This document shows positions 26,034-38,914 of a stretch of 64,000 bases of DNA, piece by piece. Position numbers and translations under genes: made by a program. The notes below the pieces were generated by a model that ran no database searches, was not told where the DNA came from, and saw nothing but the letters and a program-made list of their open reading frames with translations. Location: assembly GCA_024137785.1 (NCBI GenBank), contig JAHRHZ010000058.1, positions 20,872,534-20,936,533 on the forward strand, given 5' to 3'. Position 1 is the stretch's first letter, and every line of letters begins with the position of its first letter. Origin of the DNA: Ginglymostoma cirratum. Lineage: Eukaryota.

Positions 26034-26433
26034 NNNNNNNNNNNNNNNNNNNNNNNNNNNNNNNNNNNNNNNNNNNNNNNNNNNNNNNNNNNNNNNNNNN
26101 NNNNNNNNNNNNNNNNNNNNNNNNNNNNNNNNNNNNNNNNNNNNNNNNNNNNNNNNNNNNNNNNNNNNNNNNNNNNNNNNNNNNNNNNNNNNNNNNNNNN
26201 NNNNNNNNNNNNNNNNNNNNNNNNNNNNNNNNNNNNNNNNNNNNNNNNNNNNNNNNNNNNNNNNNNNNNNNNNNNNNNNNNNNNNNNNNNNNNNNNNNNN
26301 NNNNNNNNNNNNNNNNNNNNNNNNNNNNNNNNNNNNNNNNNNNNNNNNNNNNNNNNNNNNNNNNNNNNNNNNNNNNNNNNNNNNNNNNNNNNNNNNNNNN
26401 NNNNNNNNNNNNNNNNNNNNNNNNNNNNNNNNN
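26034..26433. other. Assembly gap (400 N)
   Basis: Run of N. Confidence 1.
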
Positions 26434-28279
26434 TATTTCCATTATTTTCTGTTTTTATTTCAGATTTCTGGAATATGTCGCATGTTGCTTTTGCCAAATT
26501 CTAGTTTATATTAAGCTATTGTGTCAAAGCAACAATGACCTTCAATATCTCTCATGTGATCAATCTTCTAAAGTGAGACAGGAGAGTGAAAGCCCCAGAC
26601 TATTTAACTGACCATGTATCGAGTGTCCGTATGGTGGAGGGAGATCATAATCCAATCCTATCCACATCCAATGTCCATGCAGGCACACGTTTCACAAGGA
26701 GCTCCGGATTGTATTCATCAGTGGGAATGTTAGCTGAATTTTCCCCTTTCAAGAGCAAAGATCCTGAGATTATGGCTTTGCCACTAGCTGATCCTAACAA
26801 ACTCAACATAGGCCAAGTGTTGAATCTGGAACCTTCAAATTCCATGTAATTAAAAATTCAGCAAACAAATATAAGAAGATAGGTTTTAAAAATCTGTTTA
26901 AGATAAACTAGTTTAAAGAGAGCAGACACAAAAGTTGAACCTGAGAAATATAAAAATGTTATCTACTCATGGTTGTACACTGAGTGCTTAAACCACAGGA
27001 AACAGCCCACATGTAAAATCTGTTTTTATGACTGTTCTATTGGCAACGTAAGCAATGGTTTGTTGTCATGCTAAATACAAATTCTTGTTATAGGTTGGTG
27101 CCTGGCTTTCTTCATCTGTATTTGAGAGCCCATTGAATTGATGGTAAACAAGGGAACAGAAGGAGAATTCATTGAGAGTTTCTTGGTTACAGATTAAAAA
27201 TGGTTGGTATGTTGCAATGAAAGAATAATTTTTAATTTAATTGTGTGACCAAGAACATTTTGCAATCGGTCAGACGGGTTCACTTATGTCCTTTTTGAAA
27301 ATGGCGTGGAGAGTTACATACATTATAAATTCAAAAACATGACCACATGTTCTGAGGATTTTTTGTTGCAGTTTTTACATGAAAGGATGCTTGTACTGGG
27401 ATGCTTTTCTCTGAGGGGATACACTGTTCAGTGTGTATTTACAGAGAGGTATGAATATTTGATTAAATGAGTCATGGTCTCTGGAGAAATTTAATAACTG
27501 TGGCATACACAGCACGCTCCTTTCACTGTTAACACAGCTGCCAATAATGTCAGTGACATTCAGACCTTCCAAATCTAATATATTCTGTGGAGTAAATTCC
27601 TGGTTACAAAGAGATCTATAAAGTGACACTATTCAGATTTAAGTTTTGAACTATTATCAGACCAATTTACTGTGTCTAATTTGTAAAGATTTTTTTTCCC
27701 TGCGGAAATGAGCAACCATGGGAAAGAGACAGAAGCTTACACACTAAGCACATGACATTTAGAGACATATAACTTCAGTCATTATGTCTAAAAGAAGCTA
27801 ATGGTAGAAAAATAACATTTAAGTACAAACAAAGCCATAGAAACTATTTTTAAGTTTGAAGTTCATAGATAAGCAGGTTTTTTTTATTTAACGTAATTTT
27901 GTTCTCCCTGTTCAGTTTCCACCAAAGCTTCTTTGCTCAAAGTGACCACATCTCATGAATGAATCAAAATAATTACTGCTGGCCAGCTATTACTTCACTG
28001 GGGAGGGATAATCACAGCCAAACCTTTTCCTATCCTCAACTTGAATCTATCCACATGTACCTTCCAGCAGGAATCACTGGATGGTGAACATTAAATTGGA
28101 ATTTAAGGAGTACTCAGCCTACTTAAACTTTATCCTGAAACTGTTAATGTGCACTCTGGGAAGAAAGATAATCTTATGTTTTGAGTGTTGCAAGTTTTAA
28201 AACTCCAAAAAGAAAGGGAGAAACATAAAGTCATAATAGGTCAATTAAAAAATGCTGATTATAAACTACTTCAGAGATT

Positions 28280-28705
28280 ATAGGAACTGCAGATGCTGGA
28301 GAATCTGAGATAACAAGGTGTAGCGCTGGATGAACACAGCAGGCCAAGCAGCATCAGAGGAGCAGGAAGGCTGACGTTTCGGGCCTGGACCCTTCTTCAG
28401 AAATGGGGGAGGGGAAGGGGGTTCTGAAATAAATAGGGAGAGAGGGGGAAGCGGATAGAAGATGGATAGAGGAGAAGATAGGTGGAGAGGAGACCGACAG
28501 GTCAAAGAGGCGGGGATGGAGCCCATCCCCGCCTCTTTGACCTGTCTGTCTCCTCTCCACCGATCTTCTCCTCTATCCATCTTCTATCCGCCTCCCCCTC
28601 TCTCCCTATTTATTTCAGAACCACCTTCCCGTCCCCAATTTCTGAAGAAGGGTCCAGGTCCGAAACGTCAGCCTTCCTGCTCCTCTGATGCTGCTTGGCC
28701 TGCTG
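28280..28705. mobile_element. Penelope-like terminal element folded back as a palindrome (arms 28337-28519 and 28523-28705)
   Basis: 183-nt arms with 7 mismatches and a 3-nt spacer (AGC). Each arm carries CTGAAGA-A-GGG-TCCAGG-(C/T)CC-GAAACGTC. The left end 'actgcagatgctggagaat' is shared with 25997-26030. Confidence 0.9.
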
Positions 28706-30584
28706 ATTATAAACTGCATTAGCTTTACAATATTAAATATTCAATTATTTCCTATGCAAATCTGCAAAACTTTGTAGAGAATGGTTAAGTTCTGGAAATC
28801 ATTTTGAATGTGCCTGGGTGATACCATTGCCAACAATAAGTAACAGTCTTTTTGATACCACTGTGCTGGATTAAGAGTCAGACTGAGAAATTTGAGGAGG
28901 AAAAGCTGAGAACGGCAGGAACAAGAATATTGCAATAAAGTGTATTCAGATTACTTGTCGGTAGAGTCTGGCAGCAGATCATCAGAGATGCGATATGAAG
29001 GCAACATCAGTAAGCCTATACCATCAATGATTTAAATAATGACATCGTCAGTTGGGAAGTGATAGCATATGATGGCCGAGGAATCAGCAGCACTGAGGAA
29101 TTTAGAAAGTGGAATTCAGTTGATCCAGCTATGTTTAACAGCAGCAAGAAACAACCAGGAGAGAAAAATCTGCAGAAATGTTCATCTCTATTGAACAGGA
29201 TATTGAGACAATTTGTGAAAGCTTGACTGCCATACCAGTTGAGAACAGACAGCACAAAAAGATTGGATACAAATGCATAATCCATATAAATTCACCATTG
29301 TTTGGGACAGTGCTTTAAATGAATGAGGTGGCTACTTCATTGCATTGTTTGTAGAAATTTGACACCATACAACGGAAAATAATTTCCATGTTTTTCAGTT
29401 GATGCATGTCTATTTGATTGCCTTCTAAATGCACCCACTGTCATTGTTGTTATCCTTTGTGGATAGAATATCAAAACAAAACTTTCTATTTTGGAAATAT
29501 TCCTTACAAATTGACAAGATTAGCAGAGGCAATCAGAAATTTTAGTGTAGTGTTTCCTAAACTTTATCCTGGTGCCTCCCCAGTCCCCCAATTAATGTCT
29601 CAGATTTTATGTGATACCAGCATGAAAATTTGGGATATATGGATTTTTGAGCTGCATGATGAGGTGGGCTTTGATTCTTGAATGGAGGGGTTGTGTGCGA
29701 TAGGGAAACAGGAGATAGGTGTATGGAAAGTTGATGAAAACATAGGGCTTCTCCAAATATGCAACTTACTTGTACAGAAGCTTTATTTTGCAGTGCCAAT
29801 CAAGTCTCCAAGATCAGTGCATTAGGCCATGCCCATTAACAAAACAAAGTAACTACCTAAGAGGTGGCCATATCTGCCAGAAATCAGTATGAGCTCCCCA
29901 GTAACTACTGCTGGCTCAGAAGTTGCAGATCCAAAATCTCATCTCATTAACTTACTGTGGTTTGCATAGTTTGAAAAGCTCTGTTTAGCATCTACTGACA
30001 AAAACTTGCTTAAATTCTTTGCATCACCATAATTCTTTCATATGTGATGATTGCAAGAACATGTTAACCCATTCCAATCTTATTTCCAAATATAAAGTAA
30101 ATGCCTAGTGCACAGACTTGTAATTTTTTTTTTACATTTGAGATGAACGTTTTCTTTGAATGAGTATATTGACTGTACATACCTTTTGTACTAGGGCAGA
30201 AAGTAAGGCAGCATGAAGCAAACCAAGAAAACAGGAAGGCTGAATCTTCAGCAGTAGCATAGGCTGCCCTAAGCAAATAGTCCAACCTTGTGGCAACTAC
30301 CATCACAGCAGTCCAAACATTTAGCTTGAACAATGGGTTATTTTTATGCGCAAACTGTGGCCAGCAAGAGAAGGATTCCATTTCACTGTTTTTTCCAGTG
30401 CTATCTTTGAACATTGGCAGCGTGAGTCCAGGTGAGGAAGCCATGAAATTGCAGTTAATGGGAGTTCCATCTTCAGATATCCATCAAACCATTTCTGAAG
30501 TTTGCTTAATCCAATAAAATGTAGAACTACTAACAGAATTCTGGAAATGCTTGGCAGGGCAAAAAACATCTAAAAGGAAGGGTC

Positions 30585-30865
30585 TTAAGTGGAATCCTAC
30601 ATCATGATCGCTCTTTAACTGTATTTCTTCTTTCAGATGGTAGAGAATCTGTGGAATTCTTTACTGCAGAGAGATGTCAAGGCTGTATCACTAAGTACAT
30701 TCACAGCTGAGATCAATGGATTTTTGATCAATAAAGGAATCAAGGGTTATAGGGAAAAGACAGGAAAGTGGAGTCAAGGCTGATCAGCCTTGATCTCATT
30801 GAATGTCACAGTGCACTCAATGGGGCAAATGGTCTATTCTGCTCCTCTGTCTTACAGTCTTATAT
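30585..30865 (+). mobile_element. CR1 LINE 3' end
   Basis: ttctttcagatggtagagaatctgtggaattctttac...aatcaagggttatagggaaaagacaggaaagtgg...tggtctattctgctcct. Confidence 0.8.
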
Positions 30866-31431
30866 TTGCCAAAAGGAAGAAAGGCGGAATAAGGAAGGTA
30901 AGCATACTGAAGTACAGACCCTCAGAGAGCCAAGGATCATGTTTTCTGACAGTTGTTCAGACAGATGTTCAGAAGAAAGTTTCAGCCTTCATTGGTCTCC
31001 CCATTATGAAGGTAGTCATACTGTGCATGGTGGATACAATGTACGAGCTTGATGGATTCATATGTCGCACATTTAAAAGGTTTTGGGGACTTGAGTTACT
31101 GGTGTGGGTAGAACTAGCACGGCAAGTAATCCAACTAATTCCATTACATGAGACAGGGTTAGGAGGCCTTTTGTTTCCATTCGAAATTCATTCCTTTTTC
31201 AAAACAAAATCTACTTTGAATTTCATGATTTAAGTTTGGTATGGTCAGAAAGGAATACATTTAAGTAGCATCAAAATAACACGCTGAAAAATTGAAATAA
31301 AAGCAGAAAATAATGGAAAATCATAGTTAATATTTGGAGCAAGCTTATTGTTTAGAAATTTTGTTTCATGATATGCAAAAACATCCACATCTGCTTTAAT
31401 TGCCCATTAACACTAATAAAGATAGTCTTGA

Positions 31432-31478
31432 TGATGTACTTCAAAAATGCATAATTGATGTACTTCAAAAATGCATAA
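31432..31478. repeat. 24-bp tandem duplication (tgatgtacttcaaaaatgcataa)
   Basis: Read directly from the sequence. Confidence 0.9.
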
Positions 31479-32205
31479 CAGTTTCAGCTGTGCCGTAGAA
31501 AAACAGTGAGGAAAAGAATATTTTACCTTTGTCCACCTTTGACATCCAAGCAATTAAGTTTGTTACAGGGTTGCAATAAACATTGTGCTAACTCAACAGC
31601 AGTCAGCTGTAATTGTGATCATGAATCACATCAATTGATAATCACCGTGAGCAAAGCGTCAGCAACTTAATGTTTTAATCTAATCTTTTGTCAAGCATGA
31701 ACTGTTTACATTTAAAACAAAAAGGTAATGCTTCATGGGCAGATATCTGAACATTACGAATTACACACGTATAAAATGTTCAAACACTTTGTTTTTCAAA
31801 GTATCATTTCGATTTTTAGTGAGTTGAAGATAAAATATTATTATCAAGATAGATGTATTCGATTGCAATTTATAACATGTTAAAGAATGTGTTTCAGTAA
31901 TAATAACCAGTCAGCAATGGTTTTTGAATTGGGAAGTTGAGACTAGAGGTTGATGGTGTTGATTCGATGGGGGACGTTGGGGGTTGCTGAATTATGTTAA
32001 GTACATTTAAATGTTAATGCTATTTTCGAAAAATTAAAACCACTTAAAGTACAAAAATGAGTATTATTATCCTTGCAGAGTCATGTAACAATTAAGTGTA
32101 CAGAGTACTGTATCAAGGTGAGGCATTTAGTAACAATGGTTTACCAAATACCATTTCTGACTTGAAGGCATGAGGAAAGTAGTGTTCAACAATACTAACT
32201 TGAAA

Positions 32206-32283
32206 GGCCATTTTACACCTGCTTGGTTTTGTTTTCCATTGAAATCAATGGACAAGAAGATGAAGCAGTGTGTAAAAAGGGCT
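32206..32283. repeat. Short imperfect palindrome, MITE-like
   Basis: ttttacacctgctt...tccattga-aa-tcaatgga...aagcagtgtgtaaaa. Confidence 0.6.
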
Positions 32284-32874
32284 ACCGATTCATTGTCACC
32301 TGATTTGTACTATTACCAAAGATGAATTCACTCCTATTGACTCCTGCTGAAGTATAGTACCATCAGTGCTGATATCCAGATAACTTTTGTTAAGTATGAC
32401 CCAAAGCCATGAGTGTTGTCTTTTTTTTGGGACCTTGGATTGCAGTATTGTTAAGTTGGATTCATGTACACAAATGCTGGGTAACATTCAGAAATAAAAA
32501 TGTTTTCTCTTTTTCCGTTCACGTGCCCAACATGCTGAAAGCATCTGCTAATTCATCAGAACAGTAAACACCAGGATCAGTGGCTAAATCTGCTTAATAA
32601 AAACAGAAAACGCTGAAAAGACTCTGGTCTCGCTGCAAGTGTACAGTAAGAAATGGAATAATTATATGATGACTTTGCATCATAACTATTAAGTAAATTT
32701 GTGAATTAGAAGTGTGTCAATTAATCTCAGTATCCTTAACAAAAGTGCAGATAATATAGCACTTCTATCCCACATAGTAAAAATAGCGAGCATAGCTTAA
32801 TATGGAGAAAACAACACAAACTAACTGCAAATCCAGTGATGTTAGGTAGGCACCCAAAAGCATATAATGAAGAA

Positions 32875-33200
32875 GGTGGCATGGTGGCTCAGTAGTGAGC
32901 ACTGCTACCTCATAGTGCCAGGGACCCAGGTGTGATTCCAGCCTCAGGTGACTTTGCAGAGTTTGCACATTTCCCCTCTGTCTGTGTGGATTTGCTCCAA
33001 TAGTGCGAAGATGTGGAGGTTAGGTGGATTGGCCATGTTAAATTTCCCATAGTGTCCAGGGATGTGCAGGCTAGGTGGATTAGTCATGGGAAATGTAGGG
33101 TTGGAGGGGTTGGGGCATGGATCTGGGTGGGATGCTATTCGGAGGGTCGGTGCGGACTTGATAGGCCAAATAGCCTGCTTACACACTGTAGGGATCCTAT
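32875..33200 (+). mobile_element. HE1-type SINE (tRNA head, V-domain, CR1-derived tail)
   Basis: A box TGGCTCAGTAG at 32885-32895, B box GGTGTGATTCC at 32929-32939, V-domain 'gagtttgcacatt..ccc', tail 'acactgtagggat.ctat'. Homologous to 49171-49481. Confidence 0.9.
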
Positions 33201-33649
33201 CTCATATGATAAAGCTCTGCACAAAATTATTAATTAAAATCAGAACTGTTGGAAATCACCACAGAACTTGGTGAAGATGACAAGTTGGCTGAAATGTGTT
33301 TAGAAAACAATGAGTATTAAAGAGAGGAATAATGTCAGAATTGGGGAAGAATGCTGACAGGTTTCTCATAGTTGCCCTTTTTCATGTAAAACTAACTGAT
33401 TTCAGAAACTTGGACCGAGAACCAACATTGGACAACAATGCAGTAGATACAAAATTTTTGCTGTTTCTGCTTTGGCTGCACTTTGACCATTCTGTCTAAT
33501 TCTGGCCAGGTTGCACCTTGAATAGTTTGTCTGGTTATGATCAGACTGCACCATGAACATCTTTTGCAGTATTATACCTCATTGGGTAACATGCTAGAAA
33601 TCAAGCTCCCGAGTCATCAGACCGTTGAGGATAGGAGAAGGGACATAAT

Positions 33650-33992
33650 TTTTAAAAATTCTTTCACAGCATGTCACTGGCCAAGCAGCATTTATTGCTC
33701 ATCCCTAATTGCACACAGGGCAGTTCAGAGTCGACCACATTGTTGTGGGTCTGGAGTCACATGTAGGCCAGACCAGGTAAGGATAGCAGTTTCCTCCCCT
33801 AAAGGACATTAGTGAACCAGATCGGTTTTTCCCCTGACAATCGGCAATGGATTTATGGTCATCATTAGACTCTTTAACTCCAGATATTTATTGAATGCAA
33901 ACTCCACCATCTGCCACAGCGGGATTCCCAGAACATTATCTGGGTCTCTGGATTAACAGTCCAGCGATAATACCACTAGGCCATCGCCTCCC
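33650..33992 (-). mobile_element. tRNA-derived SINE (family A), inserted in a CR1
   Basis: Reverse complement of the family at 4213 and 25546. The head reads gggaggcgatggcctagtggtattatcgctggact. Confidence 0.85.
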
Positions 33993-34675
33993 ATGTTAAG
34001 GTTGTACAGGATGTTGGTGAGGCCACTTTTGGAGTGCTGTGTACAGGTCTGGTCACACTGCTATAGGAAGGAAATTGGAGAGGATGCAGAAAAAATTTAC
34101 AATGATGTTATTGGGATTGGAAGGTTTGAGTTATAAAGAGAAGCTAGATATTTTTCACTGGAGCGTAGGAGGTTGAGGGGTAACCTATGGACATTTATAA
34201 ATTCACGAGGGGCATAGATGAGGTGAATAGAAAAAGTTTTTTACCTTGGGTTGGGCAGTTCAAGACTAGAGGGCATAATTTTAAGCTGGGAGGACAAAGA
34301 TTTAAAAGGAACACATGGGGCAACTTTTCGCACAGAGGTGTGTGAATATCTGCCAGAGGAAGTGGTAGATGCAGGTACAGTCACGACGGGGATCAAAGGT
34401 CACAGGGAGAAGATGGAGAACGTGGTTGAGAAACTTATTAGCTATGACTAATGGTGGAGTAGACTCCATGGGCTGAATGGCCTCATTTCTGCTCCTATGT
34501 CTTATGATCTTATACAACATTTAAGATACACTTGGATAGGTACACGAATAGAAAGATTTAGAAGCAAATGGGCCAAATACAGGCAAATGGGACTAACTTA
34601 ATTTGGGAAACTTAGTCAGCATGGATGAGTTGGACCGAAGGGCCTGTTTCTGTGCTGTATGACTCTATGACTCTA
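33993..34675 (+). mobile_element. CR1 (HER1-like) LINE 3' end with a second CR1 tail nested at ~34388-34512
   Basis: ttgtacaggatgttggtgaggccacttttggagtgctgtgtacag...ggaccgaagggcctgtttctgtgctgtatgactctatgactcta, ending in an 8-nt terminal repeat. Confidence 0.9.
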
Positions 34676-34701
34676 AAAGTTAAAGATCATATTAAAGTTT
34701 G

Positions 34702-35512
34702 TGTAACTCCCTGACTTATCTTTCTTTTCGGAGCCAGGTTAACAGAAAATATGGACCAGGGTTCTGTACTTAACAAAAATTACTATATATTATAAGTAGA
34801 TTCTAGCTACATGGAAACAACTATGAACTGTTGGCATGTAATTCCACTAGTTAAAACTCTAACACCCTGACGAATTCTCCCTAGGTACAATATGCAGTCA
34901 CACACACACAAAAACAAAATGTTGTACTGGTGGAGGAAAGGCAGTTCAATGGTCCTTGATCATAGGGTTCACTGAGATTTACCTTTTGACTTAGCAGGAT
35001 TTGTAGCTCCTCGATTTCTTGTTAACGGGTACTTTCCCTTGCAGAAAGTACAGAATGACAGATTCACAACTTACAGAGTCCCTGACTTATTGGCTAAAAG
35101 CAATAGCTTACAACAACTGATGATCAAAAATAAATTGTCTCTCTTTAAGATTTAGGTTTTTTTAACTGCAGAGAAAAGGATACCACCTGCTCTCCAAAGA
35201 ACTGAAGGCTTCTGGCTATATCATTCACATCCACAAGCTGTTCAGCTACCTGGGAGCCAATCACATAGCTGTTGGCAGGTGAAAGGGTTTTGTCATGGAC
35301 AACTGGTCACCAACCCCATGGACTTCTCAACCACTTGTTGCCAGCCGAGCCTCACTTTGTACATGCCCCCTTGGCACCAGTTCATCTGCAGTAACTTGCC
35401 CCCAGTGTTTGAACAATCAGCATTATCAACAATGCTTACAATAAATACTGGTGGCTTACTTTTAAAAATGCAGCAATTCTTTCCATCATCCCTAGTTTTA
35501 ATCTCGTCCACA
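34702..35512 (-). mobile_element. Possible solo LTR
   Basis: Bounded by TGT...ACA, with a CCAAT-like box and LTR-like composition; no target-site duplication seen. Confidence 0.3.
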
Positions 35513-35599
35513 ATCAAAAATGTAGAAAAATACATTCTAATCACCATGCACCTTTAGCAATGTGTGCATTTCTGCCCATACTACACCTTGAAGTATGAA

Positions 35600-36620
35600 A
35601 ACAAAGAAAGTAGGTGCAGGAAAAGGCTATAAAACCATAAGACATAAGAGTAGAACTAAGCTTCAAAGAATGTATAAATGCTGCATTGCATATATTTGTT
35701 CCTTAAACATTAGGCATTTGCTATTGTTATGCCTTTTAATGAAGTTAACTAGTTTATCCACAATCATGTCACCTCTCACAGTTTCATAGTTTCTTTTGTT
35801 TGGATTTAGGATCTTAGTTTTGGATTGGACTATTTCATTTCCACCCCAAAGAAGAATTCTAACCTATTTTGATCACTTTTTCCTCAAGGATCTCTCTCAA
35901 CAAATTTACTAATTACACCTTCTCATTGCACAAAGTGTAGGATTATTTGTTTTCTAGTTGATTCCACAATCTGCTGGGCTAAAAAAAAAACCTTGCACGC
36001 ACTCCAAGAATTCTTCCATCACAATCTTATTACTAATGTGGTTTGCCCAATCTTTAAGTAGATTAAAATCACTCATGATAACTGTTACATGCATTTCTAA
36101 TCTCTTGTTTAATGCAAGTCTTTATCTTTACTATTGTTAGAAGGTGTATAGACATGTCCCATTAATATTTTCTGCAGTTTGTTGCTTCTTAGCTCCATTC
36201 AAACTGATTCAATATCTAGAGTTCCTAAGCTAATATCCCTTCTGAGCATTGCACTGATTTCACCTTTCAATAAGAACACTACCCTCCCTCCTTTTTCATT
36301 TTTCTGGCCCTTCCCAAAGATTAGCTTCCTTTGGATGTTCAGTTCCCATCCTTGGTCACCTCACAGCCATGTCTCCATAATCACAACCATTTCATACTAT
36401 CCAACTATCTACCTTTTGCGAATGCTTAATGCATAAAAATATAGTATTTTTAGACTTGTGTATATTTTTACACATTTTATTGGATTCCACTCTTTTTGCT
36501 GCTAGTCCATCTTTCCTGTGCCTTTCACATTGCTTTCTATTGTTCTATTTGCCATTTCTATTTTTGATTCCCTCAAGCTTGTCTCCCTGCTCAGGTTCCT
36601 GTGCCCCTAAAACTCTAGTT
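35600..36620 (-). mobile_element. Decayed CR1 ORF2 5' (endonuclease) region
   Basis: Antisense CR1-like phrases (ggatgttcagttcccatccttggtcacc..cagccatgtctccataat). Confidence 0.5.
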
Positions 36621-38914
36621 TAAACTATCCCACAATATGAGTTAGCATTCATTAACGAGTATGAAGCAGTATTTCCAGTTCTACTCTAACTGCACATTGG
36701 GCATTGTGCCCAATTCTGATCAGATTGTAGCTTGAGTATTGTGTGATGGGGTGTGCTGACAAGGTCTAAGGATTGGGGGCTGTGTGTGTAAAGACATGAG
36801 CGACTTTGGAATGGTCCATCTGGTTGACAGCACCTATTGCAGGTCAGATCAGACCCTTTCCACTTCCTTGCACCTCCCCCCCCGCCGATCTACCTGTATT
36901 CTTCCCATCCTTCTCTGGTCCCCTCTGGTCTCCTCTTCATCCTCATGGCTACACAGACTGCTTCTATCACCTACTTGAGCCTCTTCACACCTATTCACCT
37001 TGGGTTCTGCTGATTACATCCCTCCTTTCCTGCTAATAACCCTAACATTAGCTTTTAGCATAGATTTGAAATTGCTTTCTTGGCCTGAAAAGATAGTCTT
37101 GAAGAGGTAATTTGACAGGGCTGTATATGATAGCAAACAATACAGAAAACTTTAACATAGAACACAACTTTAAAATAAACTACGCAAGTAGAAGAAGGGG
37201 AACATGTGTTTAAATTGGTAAAAGTTAACCCAACTGAAAGTTCCTTGCATAGTTATTAAAGCACGAAGTAGAATTCCAAGTGGAGTTCTAAATAAAAATC
37301 CTAAAATCATTGAAGACAAAAATTATACACTGCGTGGGTGTTGACAGGTATTGCATTGGTGGAAGGGGTAGTATTCTGGATGGATGAATTAAGATGGTCC
37401 AAAAGGACTTCTTCATCCACAAATATCTTGGTGTGTTGTGATTCCTGATAGAAGCAGCTATGGGCATGTTGGGTGAAAACTCCACTGTGGTTTCTTTCCA
37501 CAGTGCAGTGTCACTGTCTGCTTACATTCACTAGTTATAATCACCTTAAAGGTCTGAAGAGAATAGATGTTCGTACAGGACATGAATCATGTGCAAAACC
37601 AATGCCTTCTCCTACCCCTCTCACAGTGACTTGCTATGTAATATTTGCAATCAGATCTCCAAATCAAGATCTGGTTCAAACATCACACAAGGCACTGATC
37701 TTGACTGTAAATAGATTTTTTCCATGCCTTCATTTACCACAATGGAATTTATCAAAGAAAGGCCACTTGATTAAGGTATCAGAAAGCACATGGCATCAAC
37801 ATGGAACTGGAGCTCAGTATGAGTCAGTTCCCCCAGCAGAAAAGAAGGCAGAAATGTTGAACATAGTCGCTCTGAAGGTGGGAGGAGGAGAATTGAAGAT
37901 AAGATATCCCTCCTGTTGTGTGTTCTCTTACTCCTTGAGAGAAATCATTTCATTGCTGCTTAAACAGCAATAACCTCAAGAGAAGCCTATTCCTTACACT
38001 AGATGGGAACATTTTATTTACATCAGGATCAAATTACAAAGAAAAACATATTGATCAATTCATCGTTTCATTTCTAGGAGCGTGTTGACAAAAACCCTTC
38101 ACTGAATTTGTCTAATTTCTTGCACCTGTTTAAATTTTTATAACAGGGAATGAATGAATCCCACAGTAATGTTTTATAGAGCTTATTTCTGTATTACGCA
38201 CCAATGCCCTGCAGCAATTTACTTTGTTTTCTAGGCCCTGTCCTGAGTGAGACTGTTCAACTTGTGTACAGATGGGTCTCTGACAGGCCTACAGCTGTTC
38301 CCTAATTGTCCATTAAGTGTTCTATTGATTGTATGATTCAAACTACATGTGTCTTTCTGTGAAGAGCTCTCATGTAAAGTGGCAGGAACATTCTGGGCAG
38401 GATGACAGAGTCAGTCCGAAGCTAAAATGTGAACTGCCAGTTTCAATAGAGGAGAGCCTATAGTGAACAGTGAAGCCAACAGCACCAAACAGCTTTGTAA
38501 GATTGGACAGGTTTTATTTTTCCAAACTTTTGATATCAATCAATTAAACCTTCAGGAAAAAGAAGATTTTTAATTTTCCCTTTACTAAAAAAGATTCAGC
38601 TGACAAATTCTTTAATAGAGCTTTTTTTGTGAATTACTGTGCTCATCAAAGTGAGGTATTTTAGTTCTAGGGATTCAAATATTCTTTTCATTGTAGGTTC
38701 CTCATGGTTAGCAGTAAGCACTGCTTGGCCAGATGTAGCCCTAACAATATAATCCAGTTCTAAATTTGAACAACATCCCACCTGCAAAATCTTTCACCAA
38801 CTCCCATGCTCACTACCCTGGAGCTATCTGACTGAGATTGCCAATTAGTAACTTGGGGTAGATTTATATTGGAATCCAATAGTCAAATTGGACTGAAACA
38901 CCCCTCCTTTCTTT

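Noticed and set aside
25939-26497. 167-aa and 173-aa ORFs
   Set aside because: Artefacts of reading through the N gap.
28278-28722. Pairs of near-identical ORFs on opposite strands
   Set aside because: A consequence of the palindrome, not duplicated genes.
32875-32950. tRNA gene
   Set aside because: A/B boxes are present but run into the HE1 SINE body with no full cloverleaf. The same applies to 39740-39807 and 49410-49481.
37473-37973. 166-aa ORF
   Set aside because: No recognisable motif or splice context; consistent with a chance ORF.
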